64,000 nt of DNA from Stegostoma tigrinum (Eukaryota). The position numbers and the translations under genes are program-made. The notes under the pieces were generated by a model that had not been told where the DNA came from, did not search any database, and worked only from the letters and a program-made list of their open reading frames with translations. Of the stretch, positions 51,440 through 64,000 are shown piece after piece (the first letter of the stretch is position 1; the number at the start of each line of letters is the position of its first letter). The stretch lies in NCBI RefSeq assembly GCF_030684315.1, contig NC_081396.1, positions 3,968,001-4,032,000 of the forward strand. Reading direction: 5' to 3'.

Positions 51440-54190
51440 CTATGAATATAAGGCAGAAGCAAAGGATTTAGAATGCTCATTGATCCGATGTATCTTTATC
51501 TAAATAATGTCATCAGGGACCATTGCACCTTCTTCAAGTTGTCAGGTTGTTCTCAAAAAGTGTTTCTTCCTCTCTGACCATTATTGTGTTCGTTACTCTC
51601 AGCAATAACTTGCTAACATTAATTGTACATGTTCTTCCCTTCTTTACCATGTCTGAATATTGTGGCACATTTCTTCATTTAAACTGTTCTTGGACACTAT
51701 AATCATTGTTATCATTCCAGATATACAGATTGAGAACGATGCTATTTATCCTCTCATTATGTTTCTAATATAGCCTGTGGCAGCTGTTAAGTTGAAAATT
51801 GTGGTCATCACTGGATTAGAGTTCAAATATGTTTACTGATCTTCTTTATTTATATGCGTTCAATTGCTTGAAAGTCAGAAAAAAAATTGGACCCAGAGTA
51901 AGATTTTTTTTTCCATCTGAATTGCCCCTTAGTTTATTTTAGTCTATAGCATGGTGTGTATGTTTTCCTTTTTTCTTTATTGTTTGGGTATCTGATTATC
52001 AGGGATTTTTCCTTCGCATTTGTCCACATTGAAGCTTATGCATGACCAAACATATTCATGTTGCCTTGGTTCTGGTGTGTTCATTCACACCTTTTTGCTT
52101 GCTTCGGTAAATTGTTCATTTCACAATTTGTAATTTTCATGATGTAATTATGCCACTTCGTTCGTTAATGCTAATCTTTCTTTTTTGTTGTCTTTGTGAT
52201 TGTTCTTTTGTGGCGTGCTTTTGAAAATGTGTCTTAATGCATCGATTTCAGTTTCTATCAAACTTAGATAATTTTCATGTTTATACTCCATAAATGAGTT
52301 ACGTTTGTATGTACCTTCATGGTTTGAGTGATGTGTGTATTTAAGTGATGATATGATTTCTTTGGCAATGCATCCTAAACCATCTCCTGATAGGATTTCT
52401 TGTGCTGTTGTGTGTGAATGTTTACTGATATTGTGCTATTTCCCTTTTGATACAAATACCCCACTGTGTGTTGATCTATGTAATTTTGTGTCCACATGTG
52501 AGACTCATAAATTGTGTGTATGCATAACCGTGGTTATGTGCTGATCATGATAGTTTAAATGTAAGTAACGAAGTTGCCTCTTTCCACATATGATGATATT
52601 TCTTCCAGTGCGATAATAATGAGATTAAAATTTATCTCTGCGCTCACATATGTCTAAGTGAGCGCACATGTGGGAGGATATACCTCGGATATTGCATGTA
52701 TGTTTATAGTTGCATGTCTGTACATATTATTGTGTATGAGTGGATTTGGATTCATGAACATTTTGTGTGCTAAAGTGGGTTTTTGCTTTTCATGATCATG
52801 TGCATTTACCATCCTTTGTTTGGGTGTGTTTCTTTCTATGCGCTGGACGTATTTGTGAGAGTCTGTATGACAGTTCATATATCAGATGTAAATATGCTTC
52901 TCTGCATGTATGCATATTTCACACCTTATCTGCATATGCATTTATATTTGGACATATCTATGTCCCTTTAGCTGAGAACTTTTGTATGTGCGTTTTCAGA
53001 GCGTTTATTAGTGTTTGTCTGTACCTATGTTTCTTTATGCTCTGTCAACAGACTTTTTTTTTCATTATTTAGCAATTTTACTCAGTTTCCAATTATTATT
53101 CCTCATCCAGATGGTGTAGGTAAACTTTCTCTCCAGAATTGCACCTAAGGACTTTGTGATTGACGTTTGATGTAAAGATAGAATTTCTGTCTCCGTGATT
53201 AAAGGCCTGAAAGCAAATCGCCACCACCCCAGAGATGCATAGCAACATTTCAGAGTATGTTGGATATAAAATATGTATAAGGCAAGTGGAAGGAATTGGC
53301 CTTCTGTGTTTGTATACCAGAACTCATTCCAAGGGTTCCAGGATTTTGATTCAAAACTGTGTAAAATAAGTTGGAATAAAGTAAGTTTGGTTTCTAGATT
53401 ATTCAGAACCAATGTTAACAGATGACTAATGGAACAAACATATCCAACATGCCTCAAAGGAAGTATGTTGTGTGGAAAATTTAAATCATTGGTCAGTAAG
53501 GAAAAAGCTGACTGCTCCTGTTAGCTACTAAATCACATTACAGAGGGTGTACAACGTGAAAGCTCGGCAAAGGATTTAGCATACAACTCGTTAATTGTTG
53601 TCCGTTGTTTTCCCTCTGCCCGACAAGAACAAAATTGCTTTCTGTTATCTTTGGCGTGGAATTTAAAATGTATTCTGTCAACAGATGCACCACTATGAGA
53701 TACCTGGAAGTCCCCAGATAAAAGGGTAAATTCAAGTCATTCTGAACACGATACAATAGGTGCTCAAGACAATACTATCTTGTCAGTGTGTTCCAATCAA
53801 AATAATTTTAAATGTCTCTAAAGATTATATTCCCAGTCAGTACAGCGGGGCAGTGTAAGCTGGCATGGAATTTATAGATATGCGTCAGTGAAGAATCAGG
53901 AAACCAAAATCGTAATTCGTAGTGTTCATTTGTGATGGAATGGGCATTGGTAAATTTTGTCACAGTGTGATTTAGGTTGGAGAAGTTACTTTGCAGAATC
54001 CTGCAATGACTGAGCATCAGTCTGTCACTGAACAGGATCGATCTGAGCAGGGAGCATTAACTGCGCAGGAAAAAGGCGTGGATGTGCTAATTGTTGACAT
54101 TGATGAGAAGGACAGAATATTATTAAAAGTGGGAAACACCATCAATTAAACGGTTGACGATTCGCATAACAATTGGAGGAAAGAAAACAG

Positions 54191-54196
54191 TTTATT
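54191..54196 (-). promoter_or_regulatory. Polyadenylation signal for secreted IgM mRNA
   Basis: AATAAA on the minus strand 36 nt after the secretory stop. Confidence 0.75.
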
Positions 54197-54232
54197 ATTT
54201 TTAATGAATTTTTAAGTGTAATCTTAAAATTT

Positions 54233-54624
54233 TCATTGGCAAGAATTAATGGTGTCCATCAGTGCAAGTGAAATATTCACAAAACTTGGTTTACCACTTG
54301 ATTTATCAACCGTTCTGTTGATGATCTTCAATGGAATTGCTTCATGTCCCACCACACAGGAGTAAGAAGCACCGCTGGCCCACTCCTCCGCTGCAATGGA
54401 TAATAGGCTGTACAGGAAGAAGGAGGTGTTATCACTCTCAGCCGTCACCTCGGTGTTCTTGTAGTTACTGGGATTAATTGGCTTGTCATTGGTTGTCCAT
54501 TTGACAAAGATCTCTTGGGGCCTGAAACCTCTCACTAAACAGGTGAGCGAAACAAACTTCTGTGCTGAGATGTCTTCTGTCGTTGGTAGGAGGACGGACA
54601 CCACTGGCTCCAGAGGATTTATCA
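54233..54624 (-). CDS. IGHM: IgM heavy chain CH4 plus secretory tailpiece
   Basis: [40 protein letters not shown]|[20 protein letters not shown] (tail N-glycan site NIS, penultimate Cys). Internal donor G|gtaaa after 54295 for TM splicing. Confidence 0.97.
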
Positions 54625-54884
54625 CTGCAGAATATTTGAAATAAATCAATTTTTTTTATAAATCAAGAAGCAATCTTGGAATTTCAACGAATATTCAAAC
54701 ATTCCATGCTAAGTTTGGGATTTATTCACTTTTATTTTTTTAAAGGACCACAATGGTATCCGTTCTATTCATTAAAAATAAAGTTTTGTTCAAAAGTGAC
54801 CTCGATATTATCAGTCCAAAACTGAGAAATTTCGTCCATTTGTCATTACTCATGTTTACATCACAAAACTTCAGATCTCTTCCT

Positions 54885-55145
54885 AGATAATAAAGTCTGA
54901 AGCTGAATGAACACAGCAGGCCAAGCAGCATCTCAGGAGAACAAAAGCTGACGTTTCGGGCCTAGACCCTTTATCAGAGAAGCTGAAGTTTCGGGCCGAG
55001 ACCCTTCATCAGAGAGCTCTCTGATGAAGGGTCTCGGCCCGAAACTTCAGCTTTTGTGCTCCTGAGATGCTGCTTCGCTTGCTGTGTACATCCAGCTTCA
55101 CACTTTGTTATCTTGGATTCTTCAGCATCTGCAGTTCCCATTATT
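54885..55145. mobile_element. PLE terminal foldback with three hammerhead-derived cores inside the IgM CH3-CH4 intron
   Basis: Cores at 54950-54977 (-), 54985-55012 (-) and 55021-55048 (+); perfect palindrome 54980-55053. Confidence 0.92.
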
Positions 55146-55342
55146 CCAGATCTCTTCCCAATTTGTTTGACTTATCACAACTGAATATCCTTTAATTCAT
55201 TTTTTAAAAAAAATCTGTTACTTAGCTCTCATGCCATCATTAATCCTCCCAATGGTGTTACATTTCCAATCAAAGCATTTTAACAATGTAATTGGGTCTA
55301 AATTACACATGGGATACTTCATGCATTCATTTCTTCACTCAC

Positions 55343-55648
55343 ATTTCTGCTTGTGGATAGAGTGTCTCAGTGGAGTTGGTAAATACTGATTGTTCACCAC
55401 GCATTCAAATTCATCGCCGCTCAGCCAGGATTCAGTCGAAATATCTAACTTGCTGATCACACCTTCGGAATGTTCTCCCGACTGATCAACAATCTCTGAT
55501 TTCAGCGTCTTCTTGTCATGTATCCAGGTGAAGTTGGCTTCAAAATGAAGATTGTACGCAATGCAGGTTAACGTCACTGTTGCCTGCAGTAAGACCTGTT
55601 CAACTGGGGGCGGTAGTATTTTGGCTGTGTAATCATGGCACTCTGAAA
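55343..55648 (-). CDS. IGHM: IgM heavy chain CH3 exon
   Basis: VSECHDYTAKILPPPVEQVLLQATVTLTC..W..FECVVNNQYLPTPLRHSIHKQK; 306 nt, phase 1-1, ag| and |gtgagt. Confidence 0.96.
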
Positions 55649-56914
55649 CTACAATGGAGCAGAAGTCAGAATCAATGAAAAAATGTCTCAGAAGAAACAA
55701 AACACCAGTGTTCAGTCTATTTACTCACAACGTAAATAAACCACCTTTGCGAGGGCAACTTCTAATGATTCCTGCAAGGATACATACTTTTGTTGATTTA
55801 TTTTGAGTTGTGAAACATTATTGATTACCTATGAAATGCCCTGTGTAATTATTACCAAAGAAAATTACCTTTGCAACAAGTGAATCCTGTGTAAAACAAG
55901 CAAACAAAAAAGAAAAATATCATCACTACCACGATTTAACCCATGGAGTAATTTCCTTTCAGATTTCTTGTCTCAGATAAGCCCAACTATTGATAATTTT
56001 AGCAAAACTTATCTCGAATCAACATAATGAAATCATTTTTACTTTCATGAGACGTCTTTGCAAATGCCGCTGGTAATGGTGAGTGGAAAATCAAATAACA
56101 TTTCTTTGTAAACCTGCATTCAAACGCAGTTACTCTCTTATTCCTCATGTAATTATGGAAATTTTCCTATGTTACAGGAGTGGTGAGCTTTCACGGAAAT
56201 TCTATTCAATGTAATTTAACGTAGTGGAAAATAAGTTGTATTATTGATGTGAGATCGTGCTTTAAAGTAGCTCATGAAATAGTATTCCTCGTTTGCCGAA
56301 TTTGGAGTAGACCTGAAAACGAAACACAAAATACAGCATCGGAAATAGAGTTGGACACTCCCCCCGCCCTCAGCCTTCCCTACATCAGTGAGATAATGAA
56401 TGTGTTCAAGTTTCATTTTATTTAGCCACCTGCAATTTTAAATGTCTTCACAGATCAAAAAATAATCAATCAAGGGGAGGTACATCCTGACGTTCAAGTC
56501 ACCTGATATTTGCACTGGCAAATTTTAGACTTCCACTACTCACTGCGTAAACGTATCCATCATGAAACCAGGCTAAAGTATGTTAGCTCTAATGCTTGGA
56601 TAATTCATTCCGATTGTGGCATTCCCACCAGAATTTATTGTCCTGCCACATCCACGAATGACAGAAAATGTCTAAAGCAGGCTCGATGAGATCAAGTTTA
56701 TCTTTGTTAATAAAATTTTGTTCACACTTGGTCTTAGCTTTGGTGTCATGATTGAAGTTAAAGAGCTCTGAAACATGTTAAAAAATATCGTTCAATTCTC
56801 AACGTCAACAGATAGTTCCTGATCTTGGAAGGAAGTATTGAACGCATTATTTTTATTTTCAAATATTAGTCTTCATATTTTCCTGTGTCATCTTCTGACC
56901 TCAAAACTGAAAGA

Positions 56915-57260
56915 TATAGGAACAGAACAAGAAGATACAGTCAATCAAGTCTGCTCTGCAATTCGACCGTGGCTGATATGTTTCTCAACTCCATTGTCCC
57001 TCCTGCTATCCATACTAAGCACCAGACAATCTAACTCTGTTCTTTTTGTTTCAATGACTTGAAACTCACAGCCCTCTGGGGCAGTGAGTTCCATGGATTT
57101 ATCACTCACTGGCTAAAGATATTCCTCTTTGGTCCAGCTCTATCTATTCCACCCTTTGACTCTGAGGCTGTGTCGTCGGGTCATAGTCAACCTACTATTG
57201 AAAACACCTTCTCCACATCCAGCCTACCTCGATGCTTCAGTGTTTTCTAATTTCAACGAG
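56915..57260 (-). mobile_element. CR1 3' fragment in the CH2-CH3 intron
   Basis: The reverse complement resembles the CR1 C-terminus and 3' UTR (ccatggaactcactgccccagagggctgtg). Confidence 0.7.
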
Positions 57261-57594
57261 AACACTTCTGGACAGCTTCCATCCCCACAACCCCCATTAT
57301 CCTTGAGGCCATGACCAGCAAAGGATTCTGTATTCCAACTCCCTCTCCAAGTATTGTCAAACAATAAATGAATCCAATTAACTGTCATATGTCGTCAACA
57401 TAAACAGAAGCACCTATCTCTGATTTGAATTCTGAGCAATGCTGAGTTACAACTCAGAATACAATGAGTTGCACATTGTATGATCTCACATTAGAACTTT
57501 TTCCATCCTTTTCACTCAGCTGGATATATTAAGTGTATTGGATTTGCATCAACAGTCAGAATTAGTGTTCTTTGTGTTGGAATGCATCTCTTAC

Positions 57595-57906
57595 CCTGTG
57601 GTCCAGTGATGTTCTGACGTTGAATGAGCCCTTCGTGATCGACCTGGCACGTATAGACTGCTCTGTTGAACCATTCACTATAAGGCACTCTCAGTTGACT
57701 GGTTGTTGAGAAGTTTCCATTTGTTTCACACACGGCAGAAGTGAAGAAACCAGATTTCACCTCTCCTCCATTCTTCAACCAAGTCACGGAGATTTTCTTT
57801 GGTTTGAAGTCAAAGATTGAACAGACAATGGTTGCAACTTTTCTGCTCTCAATTTCTTCACTGGAACTCACAGTGAGGAGAATAGTTGGATGGGCAACAC
57901 CGTTAC
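57595..57906 (-). CDS. IGHM: IgM heavy chain CH2 exon
   Basis: (C)NGVAHPTILLTVSSSEEIESRKVATIVC..VTWLKNG..AVYTCQVDH..NITGPQ; 312 nt, phase 1-1, ag| and |gtaaga. Confidence 0.96.
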
Positions 57907-58399
57907 CTTTAGAAAACAGATCGTGAAAATTATCTGATTTGAGAACAAATATTGTCAGTTCTTCACTTTCATTGCTTATTGTGGTTAGTCGATACATTAC
58001 AAGGATACTATTTGTGCAGAATACAGCAAAATGTGTCATTCAGGCAGAAAGATCAGCAGGTTGATATCAAGGTCCAAAATTGGAAGAAACAGCAAGTGCT
58101 AAGTATGGTGCAGAAATTATACATCAGTCAAATCATTGAAAGGATTCTGGCGAGTTGAAGAGAAAAAAAATGAGAAAATTAAGTAATTGACATCACGGAG
58201 ATATGTTGAGAGAGTGGCAGGGCACATTATTCCACGAGATGTAGCCTTCAGGTGAGTCACAGGAAGTTATAAAATGGCGGCGGGGGGTGAGGGGTCATGT
58301 CTGTCACAATATTGAGCCGGATGCTTTCAGTAGTCAAGAGAAATGATCGTAGATACCTCCTCAAATGAAGACAAATAAGAAAGACTTTAAAAACTAAAA

Positions 58400-60110
58400 T
58401 AAAGCAAAACACCTGTTGGGAGAGCAAGAAAGGCTCCACAGTAGGTCCAATTGATGTAAGTGCAGATACGTCAGCAAATTTTCATAAGTGTACATAAGTA
58501 GGGTAATGATTGTAAGGATTTAACCATTGCTCAATGTAGGCTGAGCATTCAATATTTAAAATATCCAGAAGGAGTGGAATTGTGAAATTGAGCATTTTTA
58601 ATACAGTACATAGGAGGCCTTGTAAGTGAGGTTGAACCAGGACCGAGCTTTAATTCATGACGCCGAAAAAGTGCTTAATGTATCAAAGGAGAAGCATGTT
58701 GCAGAGAATCATCACAAATTCATTACATTCGATCTTGTTCTGGAAAGCAATAATAATCGGCCTGCACACGAATTATGAAAAATGTGAAGGCCAAATTTAA
58801 AATGATCGGGTGCGCTTTGACCACAGTGAACTGAGAACGGACATATAATGGTAAATGTAAGTGGGAGCAGGAGGATGCATTCATGGAGGAAATATAAATA
58901 CTGAAAGGCCAACGTGTTCCAACAAATTAACGACTTGTGATGAAAAATACAGTGAGCCTTGGACATCAAAAGTCATGCTGAATTATATAAAGAAGCAACA
59001 GAAAAGGCTGATGGCATGTGCCGAATGTTTAAAACAATAGAAGCCCTCATGACGTACAGAACGTGCAAGGGGAAGTTTTAAAAGAGAAATTAAGAGAGAG
59101 AAACAAAGCATAAAATTATATTGGCACTATATTGGAATTTTAAAATCTAAAGAGTAGTGTTACAATTTGATTAATGACAGAAGGATAACAACAGAAACCA
59201 TAGGGCCCATTAAGTGCTACAGTGATATTATTTGCGTGGGCTAACATCACATAGGTTATATCATAAATGAATGCATTTTGTCGGAGTTTGCTATGAAAGT
59301 CAAGATGCGGGTATAGAAATCATGGACACGGGTTGTGATGTGCTTTTAGAAATCTGCATTCGAAGATTGGATGCTCTGTGTTGTATTCTGAGCCCGATGA
59401 AATGTCTCCAAGGCTGTTGAGTTACGACAAGGAAGAAATGGTTGAGGTGATGGCAATAATTTCAATTTCTCCTTTGGCCTCAGCCGATAAGCCAAATGAC
59501 TGTGGGTCAGTAAATATAGTACCATGGAGCAAAAGGGAGCAAATTATAAACCATGACATCTTGGGACAGTCAAACTACGCTGAGTCGTAAGGAAAAACAT
59601 TGGAAGCAGTTCAGAGAAACACAATTAATCTTCTTTTGGAAGAGTTTCATAAACAGAAAGAATTCTCGGAAAATTTTACTGCTGGGAAGCCATGGCTTAA
59701 GACCTCGAAGGGATTTTTCAAAGACTAACGAGGTTGTTCGATGATTGCAAAGCTAAGAGGCAATGGGATCTGAGGAAACTTGATTGGATCCAGAACTGGC
59801 TGAGTGGCAGAAATTGGAGGGTGATGGTCATGGTGTGTTTGTGTGATTGGAATTCTATGCCGTGTTGAGCTCTGTGGGCTTCAGCAGAAATAGCCTTGCT
59901 GTTTGTAATGTATACCAGCAACTTAGATTTGAATCCAGAATGTTTGGCCAGAAGTATCGCAGATGGAATGAAAATTGTTGACCTGGAAGTCTTGACCTCA
60001 AAGATAATAAAACATTGGAACTTTTTTTTAAAATAAAGGCTTGCTCGATAGGCTGATCATGACAAATGGAAACCATTCTGGGTAAGTGTGAGGTGATGCA
60101 TTCATGCATG
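58400..60110 (+). mobile_element. Highly decayed CR1 ORF2
   Basis: Remnant motifs (PDEMSPRLL, WIQNWLSGR, GKCEVMH) across frames. Confidence 0.65.
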
Positions 60111-60119
60111 CACATCGAC

Positions 60120-61030
60120 ATGTGCAGTTTGGGAACAGACACTTTCGTTTAACACGTCCAATGTGATCAGGTATCCCAAATTAACCTGGTAACTTGTGCC
60201 AGTATTTACCACATGTCCCGCTGAATCCTACCTATTCATGTCCCGGTCCAGATAACGTTCAAATGTTGTCATCATACTACAACAGTTCCTCTGGCATCTC
60301 CTTCTGTTCACATGTCACCTTTTGCATGGTCCCTGCTAACTCTTTGCCTTCTCAACCAAAACCTATGCCCTCGATGATTTGGACTCCCCTGTCCCGGCCA
60401 AAAGTCATTGGCTGTTCACTCTGCCCATTTTCCTCATAATTTTACAAACTTTTATCAGGTCTCCTGTCTTCGGCTTTGTATGGAAATTAACCCCGTCTTA
60501 TTCAGCCTTTCTCTGTAATTTAAATCATCTGCTCTTTCAAGTGGAATAAATAATTCAGAGGATGGTGAAACTGGAGCTGAGTGATTGTGAGACATGTTAA
60601 AACTGAAACGCTCGTCACATATAGAACTTAGAACACAGAACAATACAGCGCAGAACAGGCCCTTCGGCCCTCAATGTTGCGCCATCCTGTGAACTAATCT
60701 AAGACCCTCCCCCTACACTATACAATCATTATCCATATGCTTATCCAAGGACTATTCAAATGCCCATATTCTGGCTGAGTTAATAACATTGGCAGGCAGG
60801 GCTTCCCACGGCCTTAGTAACGTTCTCTGAGTAAAGAACCTGCCTCTGAAATCTGTCTTAAATCTATCACCCCTTAATACCAGAAGCATTGACGCAAATA
60901 CTTGCAAAGCCAAAGCAGCAAGGCTATTGATCCAGTGTTAGTAAATTAGATGAGAATAGTCGTCTAGTTTTTTTTTATTGCTGCGTACTGAGTGGACTGA
61001 AGGGCCAATCTTTCTGCTGTACACAAGCAT
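60120..61030. mobile_element. Nested CR1 3' ends (mostly minus; younger copy 60620-60880)
   Basis: 60620-60880 closely matches 29110-29370 (agaacaggcccttcggccctc..ctctgagtaaagaacctgcctctga). Confidence 0.75.
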
Positions 61031-61111
61031 GATTATATGAAAAGTGTTATGAGTAATGCCCTATTCACATAAATCACACATATCTGTTTACCCCGTTCCC
61101 ACAGCACTTAC

Positions 61112-61408
61112 ATGGCATTCCAGTGCTCTTGTCGGACTCGCTGTGTCGAACCTCACAGATAATTTTTTCGCATTCTGTATCCGACCCGGTGACCGCTATC
61201 TGACTGCTCAGTGTGTAAGTGCCCTTCTTGTTTCTCACCGATGGGTACGTCAGAACTCCAGTCGTGATCAGCTGCCCATCTTTCTTCCAGGTCACACTGC
61301 TGGTGTCAGGGGAATAGTCCAATGCCAAACAACCAAAAATCACAGAACCATCAGTGTTGTGTTGCTCACAGGAGGCTAGTCCATAAAGTATCGGGGAAGA
61401 TGGTGACA
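61112..61408 (-). CDS. IGHM: IgM heavy chain CH1 exon
   Basis: [71 protein letters not shown]; 297 nt, phase 1-1, ttctttcccag| and |gtaagt. Confidence 0.96.
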
Positions 61409-61444
61409 CTGGGAAAGAATGCCGGAATAAGCATGTTAGAAAAT

Positions 61445-61820
61445 GTTAATTCATAGAATTCCTATAGTGTGTAAAAACAATTTATTCCGACACATCGGCA
61501 TTGCCACTCGTAACAACATCCTATCCAGGACCATTCCCCTCACCGAGAAAGCAGAATTTCCCATGGCTAATTCACCGAATATACATGCCCCTGGGCAATA
61601 TGGACAATTTTGAGCCGTCATTCTAGCTGACCTGGACATCTTTTGACAGTGAGATAACAAAGTGTGGAGCTGGTTGAACATGGCAGACCAAGCACCATCT
61701 TTACTGTGTCAGGAAATGAAAACACCCTGCAGAAAGACATGCAGATATGTTGAGAATGTGCAATCTCTGTACAGACTGTCGTCCAAGGGTGAAAGCAAAC
61801 CCGGTTCCGAGAGCACCGTA
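61445..61820 (-). mobile_element. HE1-like V-SINE remnant with a small PLE fragment inside
   Basis: Minus strand cttggacgacagtctgtacagagattgcacattctc and ggtgaattagccatgggaaatt resemble the V-SINE central domain; gagataacaaagtgtggagctgg (about 61650-61700) is PLE-like. Confidence 0.6.
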
Positions 61821-62065
61821 AATTCAGCTTATTTTTGCTTTATGATATTTGTTGATCATGATCTGTTATTTCGCTCTCCAGACAACACGCCTTGTAGCTT
61901 GACCGTTATGTTGTAACTAAGGAATAAGAACATTCCAATCACATCACCATTCAGTTTTGAATTATTTTGCCTCTAACAAAATTTAAATTTCAATTGGATT
62001 ACAAGTGAATAGAGGAGAAGTTAAATGAAATAAAACCCAAAACACTGCGTTTGCTGTAAATGAGA

Positions 62066-62208
62066 NNNNNNNNNNNNNNNNNNNNNNNNNNNNNNNNNNN
62101 NNNNNNNNNNNNNNNNNNNNNNNNNNNNNNNNNNNNNNNNNNNNNNNNNNNNNNNNNNNNNNNNNNNNNNNNNNNNNNNNNNNNNNNNNNNNNNNNNNNN
62201 NNNNNNNN
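62066..62208. other. Assembly gap (N run) in the J-CH1 intron
   Basis: Ns in the sequence. Confidence 1.
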
Positions 62209-62479
62209 TTGATCATCACGCACTACCTCAGATACCCCATTTGCTGAAAAGTTTAAAGTGACTGAACTGCAAAAGTGACTCTGTAATCTGTAATTACAGG
62301 ATTAAAATGAAACTCTCATTAAAACAAAAAGCCCTGTTGATGAAAGCATGTGAAGCAGCTTTTTGACATCCTGAGTTGTGAAACTCCTCGGAGTGGACCC
62401 TTCTGACTAATTCCAATCGAACACGTCAGAAATTTGATCTGTCTGAAAGGAAATTAGGTCTTTGGAAGCCAAAAAAATT

Positions 62480-63500
62480 CAATTGTTTCACCATGAATTT
62501 AAAAATCCTATTTCAGCTAGCGCAGTTCCAACTGTAGTTGCAGGGCGTTCCGATATAGTTGGGGTAAATCTCCCAGGGCAGTGATCACCATTGACTCCTG
62601 GTTCCATGAAGTGTCTTGGATTGGGGAACGACATGGGCGAGGTGGTGTCTTTGTTATTGTCTGATGCTGCCACGCCACAGAAACTTGACTGATATTCGGC
62701 GTTCTTCCAACTTGATCACCACTTAGAAGAGGTAGAGAACATACTGTTAGCAGTATGTGCCCTCATGGTAGATAATACAATTTGCATCACGATACAGGCA
62801 ATGAAGGACACATAGCTGCCGAGTTTGAAACAAAAAGAAATGACCCATACATTCTTTGATTATATTCGCACGTGTGATGTCGTCATTGCTGTATCCAGTA
62901 GCATTCTTTGACTGTTGTTAATTATCCGTGGGGATGTGGTGGAGAGTTGTTTTCTTCTACCTTTATTGACATGACAAAGCAGATACTCACAGTCTTGTTT
63001 GGACGGGTGTGTTAGGCCCAGCAATATCGTGAAGAAGCAGCAATATCGTCAAACACAGAGAACAATTGCACTTGGCCTCATTGTCTTTCATTTGGTGCCC
63101 TGTCCTTCTCCGTGGTAGAGGTTGTGGGCTCAGAATTTTCTGGGTGTGGAGTCTGGCTGAGTTTCTTCAGTCGAACTCGCAGTGAACTAACAACAGCCCC
63201 TCTGCATTAGAAGTGGTGAATATTCCACGTGATAAATGGAATGCCAGACAAGTGCATTCCTTCGTGCTGCATGGTGCCAAGCTTCTAAAATGCAATTGAA
63301 GCTTCACTCATACAGAAAACTGGACTGATTCCACTCACACTCTGTCCAGTGCCTTGCTGATGGTTAGTGCTTGGTGGCAGCAGGTAAATTACTTGCCGAA
63401 AATGTCTACCATGCTCTTGGTGCATGGTAAATCATGTTCTTTTTTTTCAATGATAGTATGTTTATGATGTGGGATTCAGCAATGATAATAATATTATCAA
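62480..63500 (-). mobile_element. Old LINE remnant in the J-CH1 intron
   Basis: Decayed sequence reminiscent of an abundant shark LINE; no intact ORF, clade uncertain. Confidence 0.35.
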
Positions 63501-64000
63501 GGGAAATATTTAAAGTTATTCTTTAGGCAGATGGAATACATTTGGCACAAGTGCGTTATTTAACTTATTTTCCATTGTCAATGCATGTCAGAATATTTTC
63601 TCTTGGAAGAAGGTCGCTGCAGAAGCGCCAAGAGAAGCAGTGGACGATATCTGTGAGAATCCCTGCCACCATTGACCTCATGCCAATTGTTTGGAAGTTT
63701 GAACTGAGAATGAGCAATAATCTGAATTCTAGAGGCCTCTGAAAATATGTGGTCCTCCATTTAGAATCAGAGACTTTGGTGAATTATGGTTAGCTGCTAA
63801 ACATTTCGCCAGGAATGATTCAACAAATTAACAAATGTGATTTAACTGTCAAATTGACACAAATATCACCGCAAAAACTCTATTTTCTCAGTTTGAACAT
63901 CACTGCCTCACACTCTGTCCTCAACTTCCACTGATATTGATAACCCCCACACTGTCACATAGCCATTCACTCTAGAATGCATGAGCTCATTCACGCGAAA

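Noticed and set aside
52300-53050. TG/TA-rich tract in the CH4-TM1 intron as a switch-like region
   Set aside because: It looks like decayed low-complexity sequence with no regular repeat unit or AGCT enrichment.
58822-58850. CACAGTG heptamers here and at about 12871, 18412, 21682, 53961 and 57870 as cryptic RSSs
   Set aside because: No acceptable nonamer at 12 or 22/23-nt spacing.
62780-62787. Octamer ATTTGCAT as an intronic IgH enhancer
   Set aside because: A single 8-mer inside a probable LINE remnant with no supporting motif cluster; expected by chance.
61409-64000. JH segment or RSS upstream of CH1
   Set aside because: No WGxGT-encoding segment or heptamer/nonamer pair seen; the region is J-C intron with repeats and a gap.

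Overview
Eukaryotic, repeat-rich genomic DNA from a cartilaginous fish (inference: an orectolobiform shark, since the IgM protein closely resembles nurse-shark IgM as I recall it). The only clearly intact gene is the constant region of an IgM heavy-chain cluster on the minus strand (CH1 61112-61408, CH2 57595-57906, CH3 55343-55648, CH4 plus secretory tail 54233-54624, TM1 51312-51439, TM2 51165-51173). All splice sites are canonical and in phase; V/D/J lie outside the window. Downstream of IgM lie two decayed copies of a class I (gamma/epsilon-like) endogenous retrovirus (about 30.3-45.4 kb). They appear to come from a host segmental duplication. Both carry a candidate 2H-phosphoesterase domain between protease and RT, and an in-frame UGA-C gag/pol junction. 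Penelope-like element (PLE) ends carrying minimal hammerhead-ribozyme cores (CUGAUGA...GAAAC-GUC) are scattered through the window. They include a 297-bp-period, retrozyme-like tandem array at the ERV junction and a perfect 74-bp palindrome of disabled hammerheads inside an IgM intron. The remainder is CR1 and RTE LINE remnants, SINEs, two decayed C2H2 zinc-finger pseudogenes, microsatellites, two assembly gaps and what may be the scattered exons of an unidentified decayed gene. All calls were made by eye; no database search was run.
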